Shown: positions 22,830 to 36,784 of the stretch, piece after piece
How the letters are laid out: each line of letters starts with the position of its first letter
How positions within the stretch are numbered: the stretch's first letter is position 1
From: Antedon mediterranea
Taxonomy: Eukaryota; Animalia; Echinodermata
NCBI RefSeq assembly: GCF_964355755.1
Contig: NC_092671.1
Coordinates: 24,440,070-24,504,069 of the forward strand
DNA length: 64,000 nt
Direction of reading: 5' to 3'
Made by a program: the position numbers and the translations under genes
Notes under the pieces: model-generated
Told to the model about the DNA's origin: nothing
Database searches by the model: none
The model's input: the letters and a program-made list of their open reading frames with translations, nothing else

Positions 22830-25800
22830 CTATTAACACAAACAAATATTATTATTATTAATTGCTAGTATTAATATCTTTCCTGATTAGCCAGACTTGT
22901 GTAAAAACAAATGTAAAGCCAATCATAAAGAGGGTTAAATCTGATTTCTTGTACAATTTCTTTAAGAACGCTTATCCGTGACAGCTTTTCTTTCAAATGT
23001 TAATATGCTTTTGCTCAAGCAATTACTTTTCTCATGAATTTCCACCGTTTTCATTCATAACTAAACCTTTAAATAACGCGTAATTTCACCTACTGTATAC
23101 TGTATATTTGAACCCGTCACCTCTCAGAATGAAAAGTGACCTTCATGTGTATAACTTATAAAGAGAGCTGTTACATTGTAGGCCTAGATATTAATTGATG
23201 TAAAAAGTATGGTCGTTAGGCCTATGTGTTTTGACGTCATCATATGAACAGCTGACTTTAAAAAGTAGGGATTCCCAACTCTTTCGTTACAGCGCTTCTA
23301 CTTTGTCAATTTCTCGCAAGTTATCTTTAGAAATGTTATTTTACCATTTGAGAACATCATCATATAAAAACATAAAAATTATTATTAGAATTAAGAATAA
23401 AAGTGGGACCTGTAATTTCATCATGATACACTGTACAGTATAGTATACAAATAAAGAATGATTTAGGAGTGTGATGGTTAAATTATTTTTACGAGTTGAA
23501 GATATAACCTTTCAGATATAAAAATACTCATTATTTGTCAGATTGAATAAAGTACAGTACTTTCACAAAGACATTTCGCAAACGTTCCGACTGTTGTTCT
23601 TGGTTACAATGTGTAGTAGTTTTTTTTAATATATTAAATAAAATTATATTTATTTGGACAACAAAACAATCCTAGGCCTAAGTAGCGATACCATTACCAC
23701 GTCGCCAGGCAACTGAAACTGGTCTATGCTAATTCTGTTTTTTTTTTCAACGATTCTAAGTCTTGTAGAATTGTTTCCATTAATTAACAAAATCATACAA
23801 ACGATTAGTTTTAGTTTTTTGTTTTACTTACAAGTCTAATTTAGTGCGTATCGCTCTAAAAAATTCCGTCGACGACCGAGTGCGAGTTCGAATAGAATAG
23901 TGTTATTGCTTATATGCCAAAGCGGTCGCTGTGTTGAATTTCACGCGATTCACATTTGGTCTCGTACGCGAGAAGATTTTGGTCCGTACAATTGTTTAAA
24001 AAGTACTACCATACGATCGTTTAATAGTATACAAATGATGAATATTTATGAGTGCGATGGTATAAACAATTTCAAAAGGTGAAACATAAAAGGTTAAATG
24101 TTGTTTATGCTGTTGTTAACGGGTCGCGCTGACAGGTCTTTCATCGATAAAAATAGGGCACTTTTTTATGGCCCACAATCGTCAAATCAAATGAATTAAA
24201 TATATTTAGATGGTATAGGCCTATAATACGTTATCGTCTATTTAACGCCAAGTGACTCACAATCATCCAATCAAATGACAGAAATGTATATAGTATATAA
24301 CTAAAGCTTATTATAATTATGTTATACTAAACACACATGCTTCATGTCATAGTATGTCATACATCAACTTTCTGCGCTCATATCTTAACGTACGTAGGCC
24401 TACTAATTATTGCGTTTGTGCGGATAACATAATATTTGTTTGTATCCATTATCTCCATTTTAATCTTCAATCACAAAGATCATCATATAATTCGTCGAAA
24501 TGACAAATATACATTTTTTTAGAGATTAGAGGCAGCAAGGTAGGCCTCATCCCATTTTTTTGTTTTTTTTTAGGTGAAAGCAGATATTCATATTAGGCAG
24601 ATAAGTTTTTGGTGAATGGTCCTCACTCGAAAGTTAATTACTGTGAACTAAATGAGAATGCTTAAATTGATGAATCAAGTATTTTGGAAAATTTTGTGAG
24701 TTAACTGAAAGGGAACAATTTTATCACATAATTGGGATTCTGGGAAATTGTTCAAGCGAAGTCTGAGATATTACTAAATGAAAGACATTATATTGTATGC
24801 TATATGCGGGAATTCAAGGGGTAGAAATATTATACAAATAGGCTAATGCACAAGTCGGAGTGCGTTAGTGGAAATGCAGCGCACTCGATGGTATTTACAA
24901 TGTGGTGCGCGACATTCACGAGGCGCAGTCGAGTGCGTGTTGCACGACAGGCATTATGAACATCATCGTCACGCACGAATTTAGACTTAGACTTGCGTTA
25001 TTTGTTTTATAACAACTATTTTCACATACCTATTTGGCTGAATAATCCTGGACCTAGCCTAGAAGCTAGGCCAACCGCGGCACTGAACCATTCTAAATCA
25101 CCGCCTGGCCTAGCAGTCGTGTACCAGAAATGACAAGATATACAAGCGGTGTATGTTTGATTTGTTTTAGTTTCGCTATGTTTTTAAATGGGGCTGCGGC
25201 GCAGACGACTGGTTCTTATTCGTAAATTGCGATCGGTATTAAGGCCCTTTTACACTAGGACGATAACGATCGACGATAAATAGACAAATGTGCATTTTTT
25301 TTACATAAAGCAAAAGAAATTAGAAAGGTTTTGTTCTAGAACTATAGGATAATAATTTATGCTGTCTTTGATAAAAATAATATTTTTAAAATTCCAATCA
25401 AATGACGTCATAATAAATAAAAACAATAAAATCGCTGTATCGTCATGATATTATTGCTCTTACTAATCATGACGTCATTTGATTGAACGTGTGAAAATAT
25501 CATTTTCATCAAAGCATAGATGGTTATTCTATAGTTCTAGAATGAAAAGTTTTTTAATTTCTTTTGTTTTATGTACGATAAGTGCACATTTTTCTATTTG
25601 TCGTCGGTCGTTATCGTCATAGTTTAAACGGACCTATATGTCATATTATTTACACGCAGAGTGCTGTTATGCTTTTTACCTGCGCACTTTTTGCACTCCA
25701 GTGCATGATAGTGAAACAAGGCCATATACATGTCTGCAGTCGCGTGCTCAAGTTAGTGTTTACCGACCAACCGAGCGACCGACCGATATAGTAAGCTGTA

Positions 25801-27927
25801 GAGTGTCGCAAACACGACTCATTTCAGCGCGTCTGATTGGCTACATCCTTGAACCCACCAATCGGGTATCCTAAATAAAGGTTTCAAAATTGGAAGTGTT
25901 GAACAGAAAGTTGCCGTCCCTGTTGCTCTTTCTGTGGTACTGTAAAAATAATTATATTAACAATAACAATCATTAGATTCACTAAAGATCGCCATAAAAT
26001 ACTGTGGCATTTAAAAAATTGAATAAATGAGAATTCGAATAGTAAACTTACTGCTTCTTTTTGAAGTAATTTTTCTTGGGTCATTGTGACATGAAATATG
26101 TACCATCTCCCTTAAATCTTCGTGACATTGCCGCATACTTTCTACAGTCCATACTCGTGCCCAATCATGGTGTGACCTGTAAAAAAATATTTATTAGGTA
26201 AACAATTAATATTAATCAGTAATAATATTCTGCAAATTCAAACAAATTGTAAATTTAACATTTATTACATTGCAACAAAATAGTAAAACAAAATGAAACA
26301 ATCTATACAAAATACATATAAACCTATTTATTTAAAATAAATTAGTATCATTTGTTATAAATTCTCTAATTACAAAGTTCACATAATGTTCAAATGGATT
26401 ATACAGTAGTAACTTTAGAATGATATCTTTGTAACAAATAATAATTATTAAACTTTATAAAGTCATTTATTCATGTTTACAGCTCCAATATTTGATTTTC
26501 ATTGTAGAATTTAAAGTTATTAACACTCTTGTATAACTTTATAACAAAAAACTAGAAATAAAAACAATTTCAAAAAATAACTAGAATTTAATTCGTCACT
26601 TTGACGAATTATAGGTGATCATTTTTATCATTTTATTGACATTCATATTTTTTAAACATGCACGTATGTTAACATACGATCGGAAAATGTTGATGTATGC
26701 CATCCTATTATACGCTTATAGTGCTGAGTTGTGCCTATTATATGCCATATACAATATGTACTGTATATACTGTACTGTGTATATCTATATACAGTGTAGC
26801 ATAGGTGAATTTACGGGACCCACATCATGTTCTAATTTTTTTGTATGATGACGTTGTCAAAATAAACTTGAAGAGAACAATATCGAAAGATAATGAATTG
26901 AGCAATAAAATATAACAATTGGAAGAAAATTTGGCACGTAGAAGCGCGGTGCGCGCTCTTTAAAATTTGTATAACTTTGACGAAAGAGATGAAAAAATGA
27001 CTTTTTAACTTCAACTGGCCATATGATAACGTCACAACATCCGATAGGCTTCATTTTTATATGAATACATATCTACATTTCACTAGATCTCATAATAAGT
27101 TATAAATATCAAGGTTAACTTTAATTCAGAAGAGCTGTAAGGTATTCAAATTTACCTTGTAGTTGAAATTACGTAACCACCGTTATTTAAATTTTAAGAC
27201 GTGATGACGTTATCCAAATGAAAATCTTGGCAATTCATAAGTAACATAATTGGTTGAGGCACAATGTATTAAAAATTAAAAGAAAATCGATCACAGATAA
27301 GCGAGTTGCGCTCTGTTGAATATGGTGGTCTATGACAAAAGGGGAAAAAATCCTATTTTAAAAATTCATGTGGCCAAATGATGACGTCATACAATTTTGT
27401 ACGTCTAATGTGTATATACATTTATATCTACAACTCATTGGCTTCCATAATAAGTTAAAAAAATTGGGGGTCACCGTGCATTCTGAAGAATTATTTTCAT
27501 TTCAGAAATGCCTTATTTTTTACCATTTTTAGCACTTTTGTACAATTAATGTGCGCATTTTGTCATTTTTAACGTGCTCGTATATGATTGATAATGTGAT
27601 TTCAAAAAATGGCGTATAAATAACGTCACGGATGAGTGATCACGCTGAAAAGCTTATTAGAACTAAGTTACAGTATTTGAAAGACATTGTGAAATTTTGG
27701 CAATCATTGACATTTAACTTTTTGAGATAATTGTTACACAAAATAGTGTACAGAAAGAATAAAGACTTCATACAATAACAATAGGTGATCATTTTATTCT
27801 AAATGATCACCTAAAAATGAAAATCTTACCTATCTGAATAATCTTGTAATGAATAAGTAGAACCAACTAAAACTGCTAGTAGCCACGTCCACATAAGAAG
27901 ACATAGTCGCCGTCGACAAACTTCCAT
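22645..27927 (-). CDS. Ilp7: dilp7-type insulin/relaxin-family prepropeptide, 135 aa; join complement(27830-27927, 26052-26176, 22645-22829)
   Basis: Spliced product MEVCRRRLCLLMWTWLLAVLVGSTYSLQDYSDRSHHDWARVWTVESMRQCHEDLREMVHISCHNDPRKITSKRSIFIPRNEATGFLSRFLRTRRPSELHEDCCLDSRGCTWEEVAEIACINNRRRMHRPGSPVGR*. Signal peptide, B-chain C-X11-C, KR/RR sites, A-chain CC..C..C, dilp7 signatures RS..DW..VW..E and GCTWEE.AE. GT-AG introns, phases 2 and 1. Confidence 0.92.
23620..24305 (-). mobile_element. Diverged copy of the hairpin-ended element at 53283-54225
   Basis: caatcatccaatcaaatgacag, cgatcgtttaatagt and ccattaattaa.aaaatc blocks are reverse complements of 53290-53700. Confidence 0.55.
25243..25634. 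mobile_element. Palindromic MITE, PIF/Harbinger-like
   Basis: ggcccttttacactaggacgataacgatcgacg ... cgtcggtcgttatcgtcatagtttaaacggacc; arms pair over ~180 bp; flanks TAA/TAT. Confidence 0.8.
26052..26176 (-). CDS. Ilp7: dilp7-type gene coding exon 2 (N-terminal extension + B chain)
   Basis: tttttttacag| acceptor, |gtaagt donor; SHHDWARVWTVESMRQCHEDLREMVHISCHNDPRKITSKRS. Confidence 0.9.
26579..27815 (-). mobile_element. Helentron-type HINE in the first coding intron of the dilp7-type gene
   Basis: Hairpin taggtgatcattt-6-aaatgatcaccta (27782-27813); third copy of the repeat at 26612-26624; hairpin aattcgtca-ctt-tgacgaatt; terminal AACTAG. Confidence 0.8.
27830..27927 (-). CDS. Ilp7: dilp7-type gene coding exon 1 (signal peptide)
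   Basis: ttttttatcag|ATG acceptor, AG|gtaag donor; hydrophobic LCLLMWTWLLAVLVG. Confidence 0.85.
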
Positions 27928-30900
27928 CTGATAAAAAAATAACTATTTCAATATTTTTCTTACCAATGAATTGTATAATAGGTCAAATAATTAGCAAAAA
28001 AACAAGGCTTATCTAGCTTTGCTAAAACTCAAAAGTGTGAACACGTTACGTTCCCTTAAGTTTCCAGAGTATTTATTATTGTCAAATCCACATGTCAATT
28101 ATATTATATCAATCGCCCACTCATATAGGACGCCCTCAAATAACTTTAAATGGCAACATAATACTGAGTATTATTCTTAAACGTGATTGCACAAAAACCA
28201 GGATTAAATCAGTGAATTATTTATATTTATCTTCTACAAACTAGATGAAATTATTTATATTGTTCAAAATTATAAAAATAACTGAAATAAAAATCAGTTT
28301 ATTTCTTTAATGATAATTATTAGCCTCATGTAAGAGAGCATTTGTTGGTTGAGTCTTAAAGATATAGAAAACATATTTAATATCTACTTCTTCTTGATAT
28401 CTAATTATACAATTTTTGCTGTAATAACAAATACTGACAAATACATGCTGCTGATTTATATACATCCCTGTCTCTTGTTTCACCTACATAATTAAAATGT
28501 TGTGACTTTGTTTTGATTACTATAAATGAGTTAATTCCCAAGTCGTTGTGTGGTAAGATTATTACTTAAATTAAACTAAACTTATTTTGTACATGCCAAA
28601 CGTAACACGGTATGTTATAACAATATTGAAATCACTACTATTGTATTGTAATTATTATTATTATTTTGTCGTATGATAATATCTATGAAAATAAAAACAA
28701 CTTAATGTGCTTTGTATTATAAGAAGATACAAAAATAGTCATATAATATTGTATACATTATCAGTATTTCACAAAATCATAGTCAATCTTCAGACAAGAG
28801 CAATCTTCTTGTATTGTCAGATAGAATGCGCATTCCCTTTAAGCATTCCCCAACATTGTAATTTATTTCAAGCCCCATGAGTGAGTTATCCCACTAACAC
28901 AAAGATAAATATTAAGTATAAAATATAAATGAAAAATGTGTAAAATCATCGATTGGAACCAAGTCAAACTGCTATTAAAAAAATGGACGTCGATGATACA
29001 AAAAAGAGAAAATATTGTATTTGAATAGAATAGACGTCCCGTAATGAAACTACCTTTACAAAAAACAATACTACGGAACAATAAAGTTAACACTTTTTGA
29101 ATTAACACGAGTACCGAGCAGATTTAAAAATAACTAAACTAAAACAATGATTAAACCATTTACTTACAAAAAAAACACGAAAATGTCAAGAGTGGAGCTA
29201 ATTTACAGGGATAATTAAACATTTAACAAAAATATAGAAAGATTTCTTATGAAAGTGCCAACATTAGGTTCATAATTCATGTTCATCATGCTTATTAGCT
29301 GTTATTATTAACCACCTATTTTGAATATAAAAGCTTACTGATTAATATGTAAATTTAGTATTTGGCTAGATTATCCGTATCTCTATCTGATTTTTAAAAA
29401 TGATTATGTTCAAATTTAACAACACATTATATTAGCAAAACATACGTTAATGTTTAAGTGACCTAATTTGCAAAAAAAATGTAAAATCATGTGTTTAATA
29501 AAACCCACGAGAATTGAAATAAAATAATATATCACTTTTTTATATAAATGCGTTTGGTCTTCAAATTCTCTTGTGATCAATTCATGTAACATATCTTCCA
29601 AGTAATGAATTTTTTCGGAGATGAAAAAAGCTCGTTAAGCTACTTAAAGAGGGATGAAGAAGTAGCTTACACTATACACTCAGCTGTATTCATTAAATAC
29701 AGATAATTGAAAGTTAACACAACGACGTACTAATTTCAGAAAAGTACCTAGTATCCGCTAGTGACGAAAGCAATAGTAATAATGTTTCAAACGATTTGTC
29801 TGCTTTTTTCAATCAAGCTGGTGTGAATAAGCTTCATTTGGAGTCTATGTATTTATTATCATTACATTAATATAGAATTAATAACAAAAAAATAACAATT
29901 TAATAAATAGTGATGACGATGATCGTATGCCTGACGATGATACAGTTTTCATATTATAATTTCGACTATGATGTTGAGGATTGAAAATAATTTATAAAGA
30001 AGAATATTTTGATATGTTGATAATGATGATGTGACAATTTGATAAGTTGACAAATAATGTTTAAAATGGTGGCAACAACAGATAGTAGCCAATCTGTTTG
30101 AAAAATATAAATATAAATTAATTTAGATAACACACAATACGACAGAGAATTATCAGGTGAATGTAAAACAACCTGTGGAATTGCTAAACCAGAGCATAAT
30201 TACTGTCTTCAATTTGTACATTTCAAACCTCTGACACGGAGTAACACTGACGTGGTAATATTGAGTACACTAGGTACATCATTTGCACAAATCTGTGCCG
30301 TTAAGTTAAATTCAAACACGTAACTTCATGAGATGACTAGTGGCTAATGGCGTCATTGCAATATTCAACACGAATGTATGCAATATATTTTATAAATATT
30401 CTCCAAACGTGTACACGATGTATATTTAAAAAAAGAGGTGTGACAGATTTGTTTTCAATTTATTTCCAATGACAATACGGATTATTATGAGCTATATACA
30501 AATAGATTCAATGATACTGTATTCTAAAAATTTTAATAAAATATTATTCTTACCGTATTTTATTGTTAGTAATATAAGATTTAGTAATATTATGATATAT
30601 TAGGCCTACATGTAATACTGATGTATATGCAGATATGAATAATGACTTTGACACGCAGTTTTGTTTATTTTGATCAAGTTTTGATTTAACTTGATGAATT
30701 TGCTGTTAGATGATAATTTTTTAGTTTGAACACACTCACTTAATTTTATCTACACTCCATATTTGTATTTTGGTCTACGACCTTGTGATTATTGCAATAC
30801 TTAATATACGTAAGTAATTTTGGCTATACCTATAATATACTAGTATATTTAACACCCCTACTTATTAAAAGCTTTACTAAATTGAAGCTGTATTCATGTA

Positions 30901-33900
30901 ACATTTTACCTGGCCTTCCATTAGCGGAAATTAATTAATAAAAGGGGAATGCCTTAATGCGTTCATATCCAATGACCGTTACCGAGATGTTACCAGGTTG
31001 CCATTGAGATGATCTGAAAAAATGACTCTTAATTAAGTGTACTAGTATTGTTAGCTAGCTGTTTATACAAACTATAACTCGATTGCAAACAAATTTAATG
31101 TTACGTTAGTTGTCTTCTTGATGCTGATTTTATAATCATTATAATGTAATAACCGCGTAATAATATGTTTATTACATTAACATTTTGACCACTGCCTGTG
31201 TTTGGCTTTTTTCTGTTCCGCATAGGGGCCTACTGTTAACTAAAGTTAGCAACAATACACGTTGCTATCTTCTCACATAGAATGCTATAATGTGAGAACA
31301 ATATAATATGATTAGATGACATTAGATGAAAATCATCGTGGTCAACCGATTCAATGAAAAGGTCGGTCGATAATTTAAACAAAAACATTGTTTTTTTCTC
31401 TCGATAGGACCTTTTCCAACTTGAACGAAAACACATTTAATTTTTTATAACTTTGTACCGTATTCAATGAATGTTTGGTGTAGAACTAACATATTGATAA
31501 GGTATACTTTTCATTAAATATAATGTGTACAAGTTGTTTTAACTGTTAACCTAGCTTAGTAAAAGTTCAAGGTATAGGCATACACGTTTAAATCCCAAAT
31601 CTACCAGTTCAGATGCTTTTCGCGAATTTCTGCCAATAAAATTACACAATTTATACAAAGTTTATTGATCGTGATTTGTTAATCAACTAATTTACCGGGC
31701 ATAACAGCAGCTGATGACGTTACAAAGAACGAGTCCAGAATTTGAAATAGAGAGGGATGAGGGGAATAGGATAAGGCAGTAGGCCTAAATGACACGTTTA
31801 AAAAACATTCTGAAATGCGTGTGCTATTACTGCGGCATTCGAGAAGGTTTCTAAAATTATTCTGGTAAGAACAGATATTACAGTCATATACGTAGGCCTA
31901 CACTAGAACCATTTTCAATAAAAAAAAAGGTATAAGAATTAAAAAGCACGTGACCATTATGCCGATGAATACACAAGATTCAAAGTAAAACGGAAATGGA
32001 AGGTAGTGTAAATAAAGAAATTGTTTGCTAAAATAAGAGATTGTGGTTAGAACTACTTACTACTAATAAATTAGAGAGATTATGAGACTTTACTGTTGAG
32101 TAGGAAAATCCAGCCGCAAAGCAGAAAAGGACTAGTTTAGTCTTTCACTTCATTCAGTTTACACTAATATAGGCCTAATTTACATACCATTTTGATGTGT
32201 CGTATGATGTAAATGAAAAATATACCTTTTACATAATGATTGTGGTATTTTTCATTATGTTGGTTTACCTATACACAAATCCATTAGCAAAAGTGTTTGT
32301 TTTGAGGTAGGATTGTGCTAAACTGCTTATATTATAGACAACTGCCCAGTAAATGAATGACTGATAATTACACAACCGGGATTTATCTTCGAATTTATAA
32401 TTAGGCCTAGTAAAGAAATTGTTTAGGGGCGGCATACAAAGAAGTATAAATAAAATAAATCATGAAAAGACTTAAAAATGAAAAAAGAAATACCGCAAAA
32501 CCACAAATAAACCAAATTTACTATTCTTGTCGAGATGGAGTTGTAATTATATTTTAATTTAATTTAAATATTATTAGCCACTAGAATTATCCTACAAATA
32601 GTATTTTCCCTATTAAATTTAACTGGAAATAAAACAAAGATAGATATTAATTAAAGATTTTATTATTTTAATTTTATATGTTAAATGGATTTTTCTTAAA
32701 CTATTTATGTTCTCTGCATTACAGAAGTCCTTACGCAATTCGTTAAATACTTAAAAAATCACACTAACCTGAAAATGTTGTAGACCTATGAAGCTCTTCC
32801 AAGGCAATATTACAGATTAAAATCTACAAACAAACGAAATATTTAGTTATGAATCTATCGGTATTGTACGTAACAAATATTTGACAACCGTAAATGTCAG
32901 CCAACTGACACCATACATAACTTTCTGGCTCCTGTTACTAAGGTCTTCTGAGCAATAGATGAAATTAGGTTTATAATATATCAAGCTTCTTCACTGCCTC
33001 TTTACTAAGACCCCGCGTATGCTTATTTTCCGAATAACAAACGGCCAATACAAGACTATTTTAAGATGTTGGACGACATAAGGATTATAAATTATTAGGC
33101 CTACTATTATTTTCTGGTCAGTTTATACTTAAATTAGAATGCGTTGTAATTGTGTGACAATACCAAAAGCTCTCACTGATCATTTGCGGACCATTAACGG
33201 ATCATGCGCAATGTTGCGCCTCATTACGTTTAACTACTATCTTTCATTGTGTAGCCAATATTAAAAAACATTATTAAAGAGAAGTGAATGATGTTTATGA
33301 GTTTACACATTTTAATTAGTAATATTTAGAAATATCATATATTTTTAGCTGGTTTGAAATAAGTGGACGAAGAAAAGTAAACATTGATACAATATTAAAT
33401 ATTCTTATTTTCAGCAGGACTAATAAAATAAGTTTATAGTAAAAATACATAGCGGCACTTATGTGTTGATAAATGTTCTACCTCTTGAAATTAGTTATAT
33501 CCATATTTCGGTAGCTACTACTGTATTACAATTCTCCAGAAGCTCAATAACCCTCAGTTAATTTAGATACTAATATGATACATCGGAATAAACTTCGTGC
33601 TCTTGTAAATATCTAGTCATGTAATACAGAATCAATATAGATTATTCAACAATTAACTACAAAAAACGACACTTCAATTACAAAAGCTTAAACGCCTACA
33701 TTATTTACTTAGAATATCTCATTTTAATTAGGTTTAAATACGGTAACCTTTGGTATAAAAGTGCAAAAGCATTGTTTTCGGATAGGATATTTTAATTTTG
33801 ACAAATGAATCAAATGCCTTTATACATGTTTGTGTAGATCAAAGGCGTATAACAGAATACTAATTAAATTTGGTTATGTAAAGAAATCAAAGAATTCATG

Positions 33901-34674
33901 AACATTCTCTGAATCTCTCGCCTGACACGACCAGGAGCTAGAAATGCCATGTTCAATTTATTCCGAAATTATGTTTTTTATCTGGTTTAGCCCCAATTTG
34001 TTTTGTTGATTAAAAACAAAAAATCTTCCAAACTTATCTTTAAACAAAATTTCGCTTAACTTAATTAGTCTTTTGATGAACTTGATAATCTTACATGGTA
34101 TATTATACTGGACACCAACGATGCTAACTTAACTCGTCATCACCCAACTTAATTTGAGTATCAATATATGCTTTTCTTTCACAGAGGGTATAGTAAAGTC
34201 TATTAAAACCAAACAAAAATATTAAATACAAAATCTACCTGCCAATAAACATTAAAATATACACTTAATATCACTTATTCGTGTAAAGCTATGCGTAACC
34301 GTTTTCAAACAAGATCACCTTCATCAACTCAAAATCTCTCTTCACAATATCGAATTTGCTATCCAGTTTTTATTATTTTAATTTCAATTATTTATATTCA
34401 CCAGTAGGCTTATAACACTGACCAATTTTCCAAGAAAGAAACTATAAAAGCACAACAATCGATCCCATACAGAGGACCAAACTTTGAATAGTTTCCCAAA
34501 ACACTTAGGCCTAAAAGATTCCAACTCATTCATTATTCATCTTAAAAAATACATTCATTAAAAAGCTACCGTACTCAGTAGATAAATCATTCTGATAGTG
34601 TACACTACATTGCTGATTCTGTACAGTGCTACTTTCCATATTGAAGTGGGTCAAACAGATTATTGCTGTAATTT

Positions 34675-35500
34675 TCATTTCATTTATTCGTCTCAAAAAT
34701 AAAAAACAAAACAATAAAATACACACGCATAATAAATAACAGCCAGAACATTATGGCAGTCCAAAAGTGAACTAAATCAGTGTCGGGTGGGGACCCTTAG
34801 ACACAAAAACAGTACAACAAATACATTAAGATAAATATAAAACGTTTAAAATATTTAAAAATGTCTATTTATTTTAAAATTGATTATAATATTGATTTTA
34901 ATTTGTATTATTAATAATACAGATTAAAATACTATGCTTAAAATGTGTGACTAAAAATTCCGAAGCTATACAGTGCCACTGTCAAGTCGGTTGACAGAAA
35001 AGAATTCTCTAAGGCCCCTACAAAAAATAAGGCAAACTCATGGTCAACCTGCTCCTGACCTCCGTAGGCAACTCATCACATGTGCGAGGAAAGGAGAAAA
35101 ACAGAGGAGTATTTAAGCGAATTTGTTGGAGCAAAGACGTGATAAAATTTGAGATTATCCAAGTTCCCAGAGTTAACATTAATATAGTCAAAGATGTTAA
35201 GAGAATAGCTACCATAGAGACACTTGGCAACAACACGGTACAGCTTCGGAATGACAATAGAATCTCTGCATCTAACAATGTGTTTAATAAATCCGAGTAG
35301 TTTGGAGGCTTTCGATCTAGTGTTATGAATATGAACACCCCAATCAAGTTTAGATTTAAAAGACACGCCCAAATATTTCATACTGTTAACATCAAGAACA
35401 GTGGAATCAATTACGTAATCATTCGTGATGGCAATATGCCGAGTTGATCTACTCAATCGCATTAATTTACACTAAACTTAACTTGTTGTTCTCACACCAT
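34675..35500 (-). mobile_element. CR1/L2-type LINE 3' fragment
   Basis: MKYLGVSF.SKLDW..HI....SKASKLLGFIK, FFSFPRT..W-like motifs; AATAAATGAATGAA-type tail. Confidence 0.75.
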
Positions 35501-35920
35501 TAGGAAATGACATGCAAGTCATTCTGAACTCCATCACCGTGGGACCGTATGGACCTGTAAACAAACGTGTCAATTGTATGAGATATAGGCCTAAAGCAAC
35601 GCATTTCTCTAGAATCTTACGCTCTTTCTACACTTTCTATGACAAAAAAAGTGAGGTGTGCCCAAATAAGGTGGCGATATGCACAAATATGGTAGTGATA
35701 TAACATCATCATGTCCATATATGGGCACATCACAAGTTGATGTTACATTAAGTTTGATAGTTTAGACATGACAAGAAAGCGATATTAGAAACTGGTGAAA
35801 AAAAAGTAAAAAATTGATTTTAAAGAGATACATCAGAGTTTGTACCAACATCACAAGATTCAGCAAGGAAATCGAAAACGTTATGTCAATGGCCTACAAT
35901 GTTTTAAGAAATTACTCGAA

Positions 35921-36784
35921 CTAGATGGTACGCTCGCTTCGCTCGCGTACCATCTAGGTCGTGCCCACAGATGGTTCTCGAATACACAGTAATTTCAGCG
36001 TAAAAAAATGCTTTTTTTTTAATGTACGTACTGCAGGATGATAATAGTTATTATTGTTTAGGCCTACAGAAACGAATAAATAGACACGATGATTTATGTA
36101 TTAAACTGAAATTAGCACACTGGGAATTACTTCCGAAAGAGAAACTTGTCACAAAATGAGTCCAAATTTGTTATTTGGACTCATTTAAACAAACCCAATT
36201 TGTGTTTTGTGTGTAACATTAGGGTTGAGGGATGGGGAAGAGGATATGGGTACAAAGAAGAACAATGTTTTAATATATTCTTTATCTACTCAGTAACGAA
36301 ATATGTTTTTCATGTTTGATAGGCCTATAAATAATATACCACTTGATACAGTAACACATTTGCGATTTAATACTTTGTTAAAACTGTCACTGTTATAGTC
36401 CATTGAAATAGCATGTACATGTAACAATACACGTACCACTACAACGTTTATATTCTTTGTAATTATTAATTAATACAAACATTGAGAAGCAACTGTCAGT
36501 AGTACAGTTTATTTGTATATTGTACGTTTTGTATAACAGTAGGGCCTACTCACAGGCCTATAAATAATATACCACTTGATACAGTAACACATTTGCGACT
36601 TAATACTTTATTGTTAAAACTGTCACTGTCATAGTCGATTGAAATAGAATACGGTAGTACATGTAACGATACACGTACCACTACAACGTTTATATTCTTT
36701 GTAATTATTAATTAATACAAACGTTGAGAAGCAACTGTCAGTACTACTACCCGAATTTTGCCCTTACGTAAATTTATATATGGA
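35921..36784 (-). mobile_element. Non-autonomous Helitron, copy 1 (with internal ~190-bp duplication)
   Basis: On the - strand A|TCCATATATA...hairpin ctagatggtacgc/gcgtaccatctag...CTAG|T; colinear with 53163-54643; 36320-36503 is duplicated at 36554-36743. Confidence 0.85.

Noticed and set aside
28000-34000. Additional protein-coding gene between the ILP gene and ODAD2
   Set aside because: Only short AT-rich ORFs with no motifs or consistent exon chain; small exons cannot be excluded.
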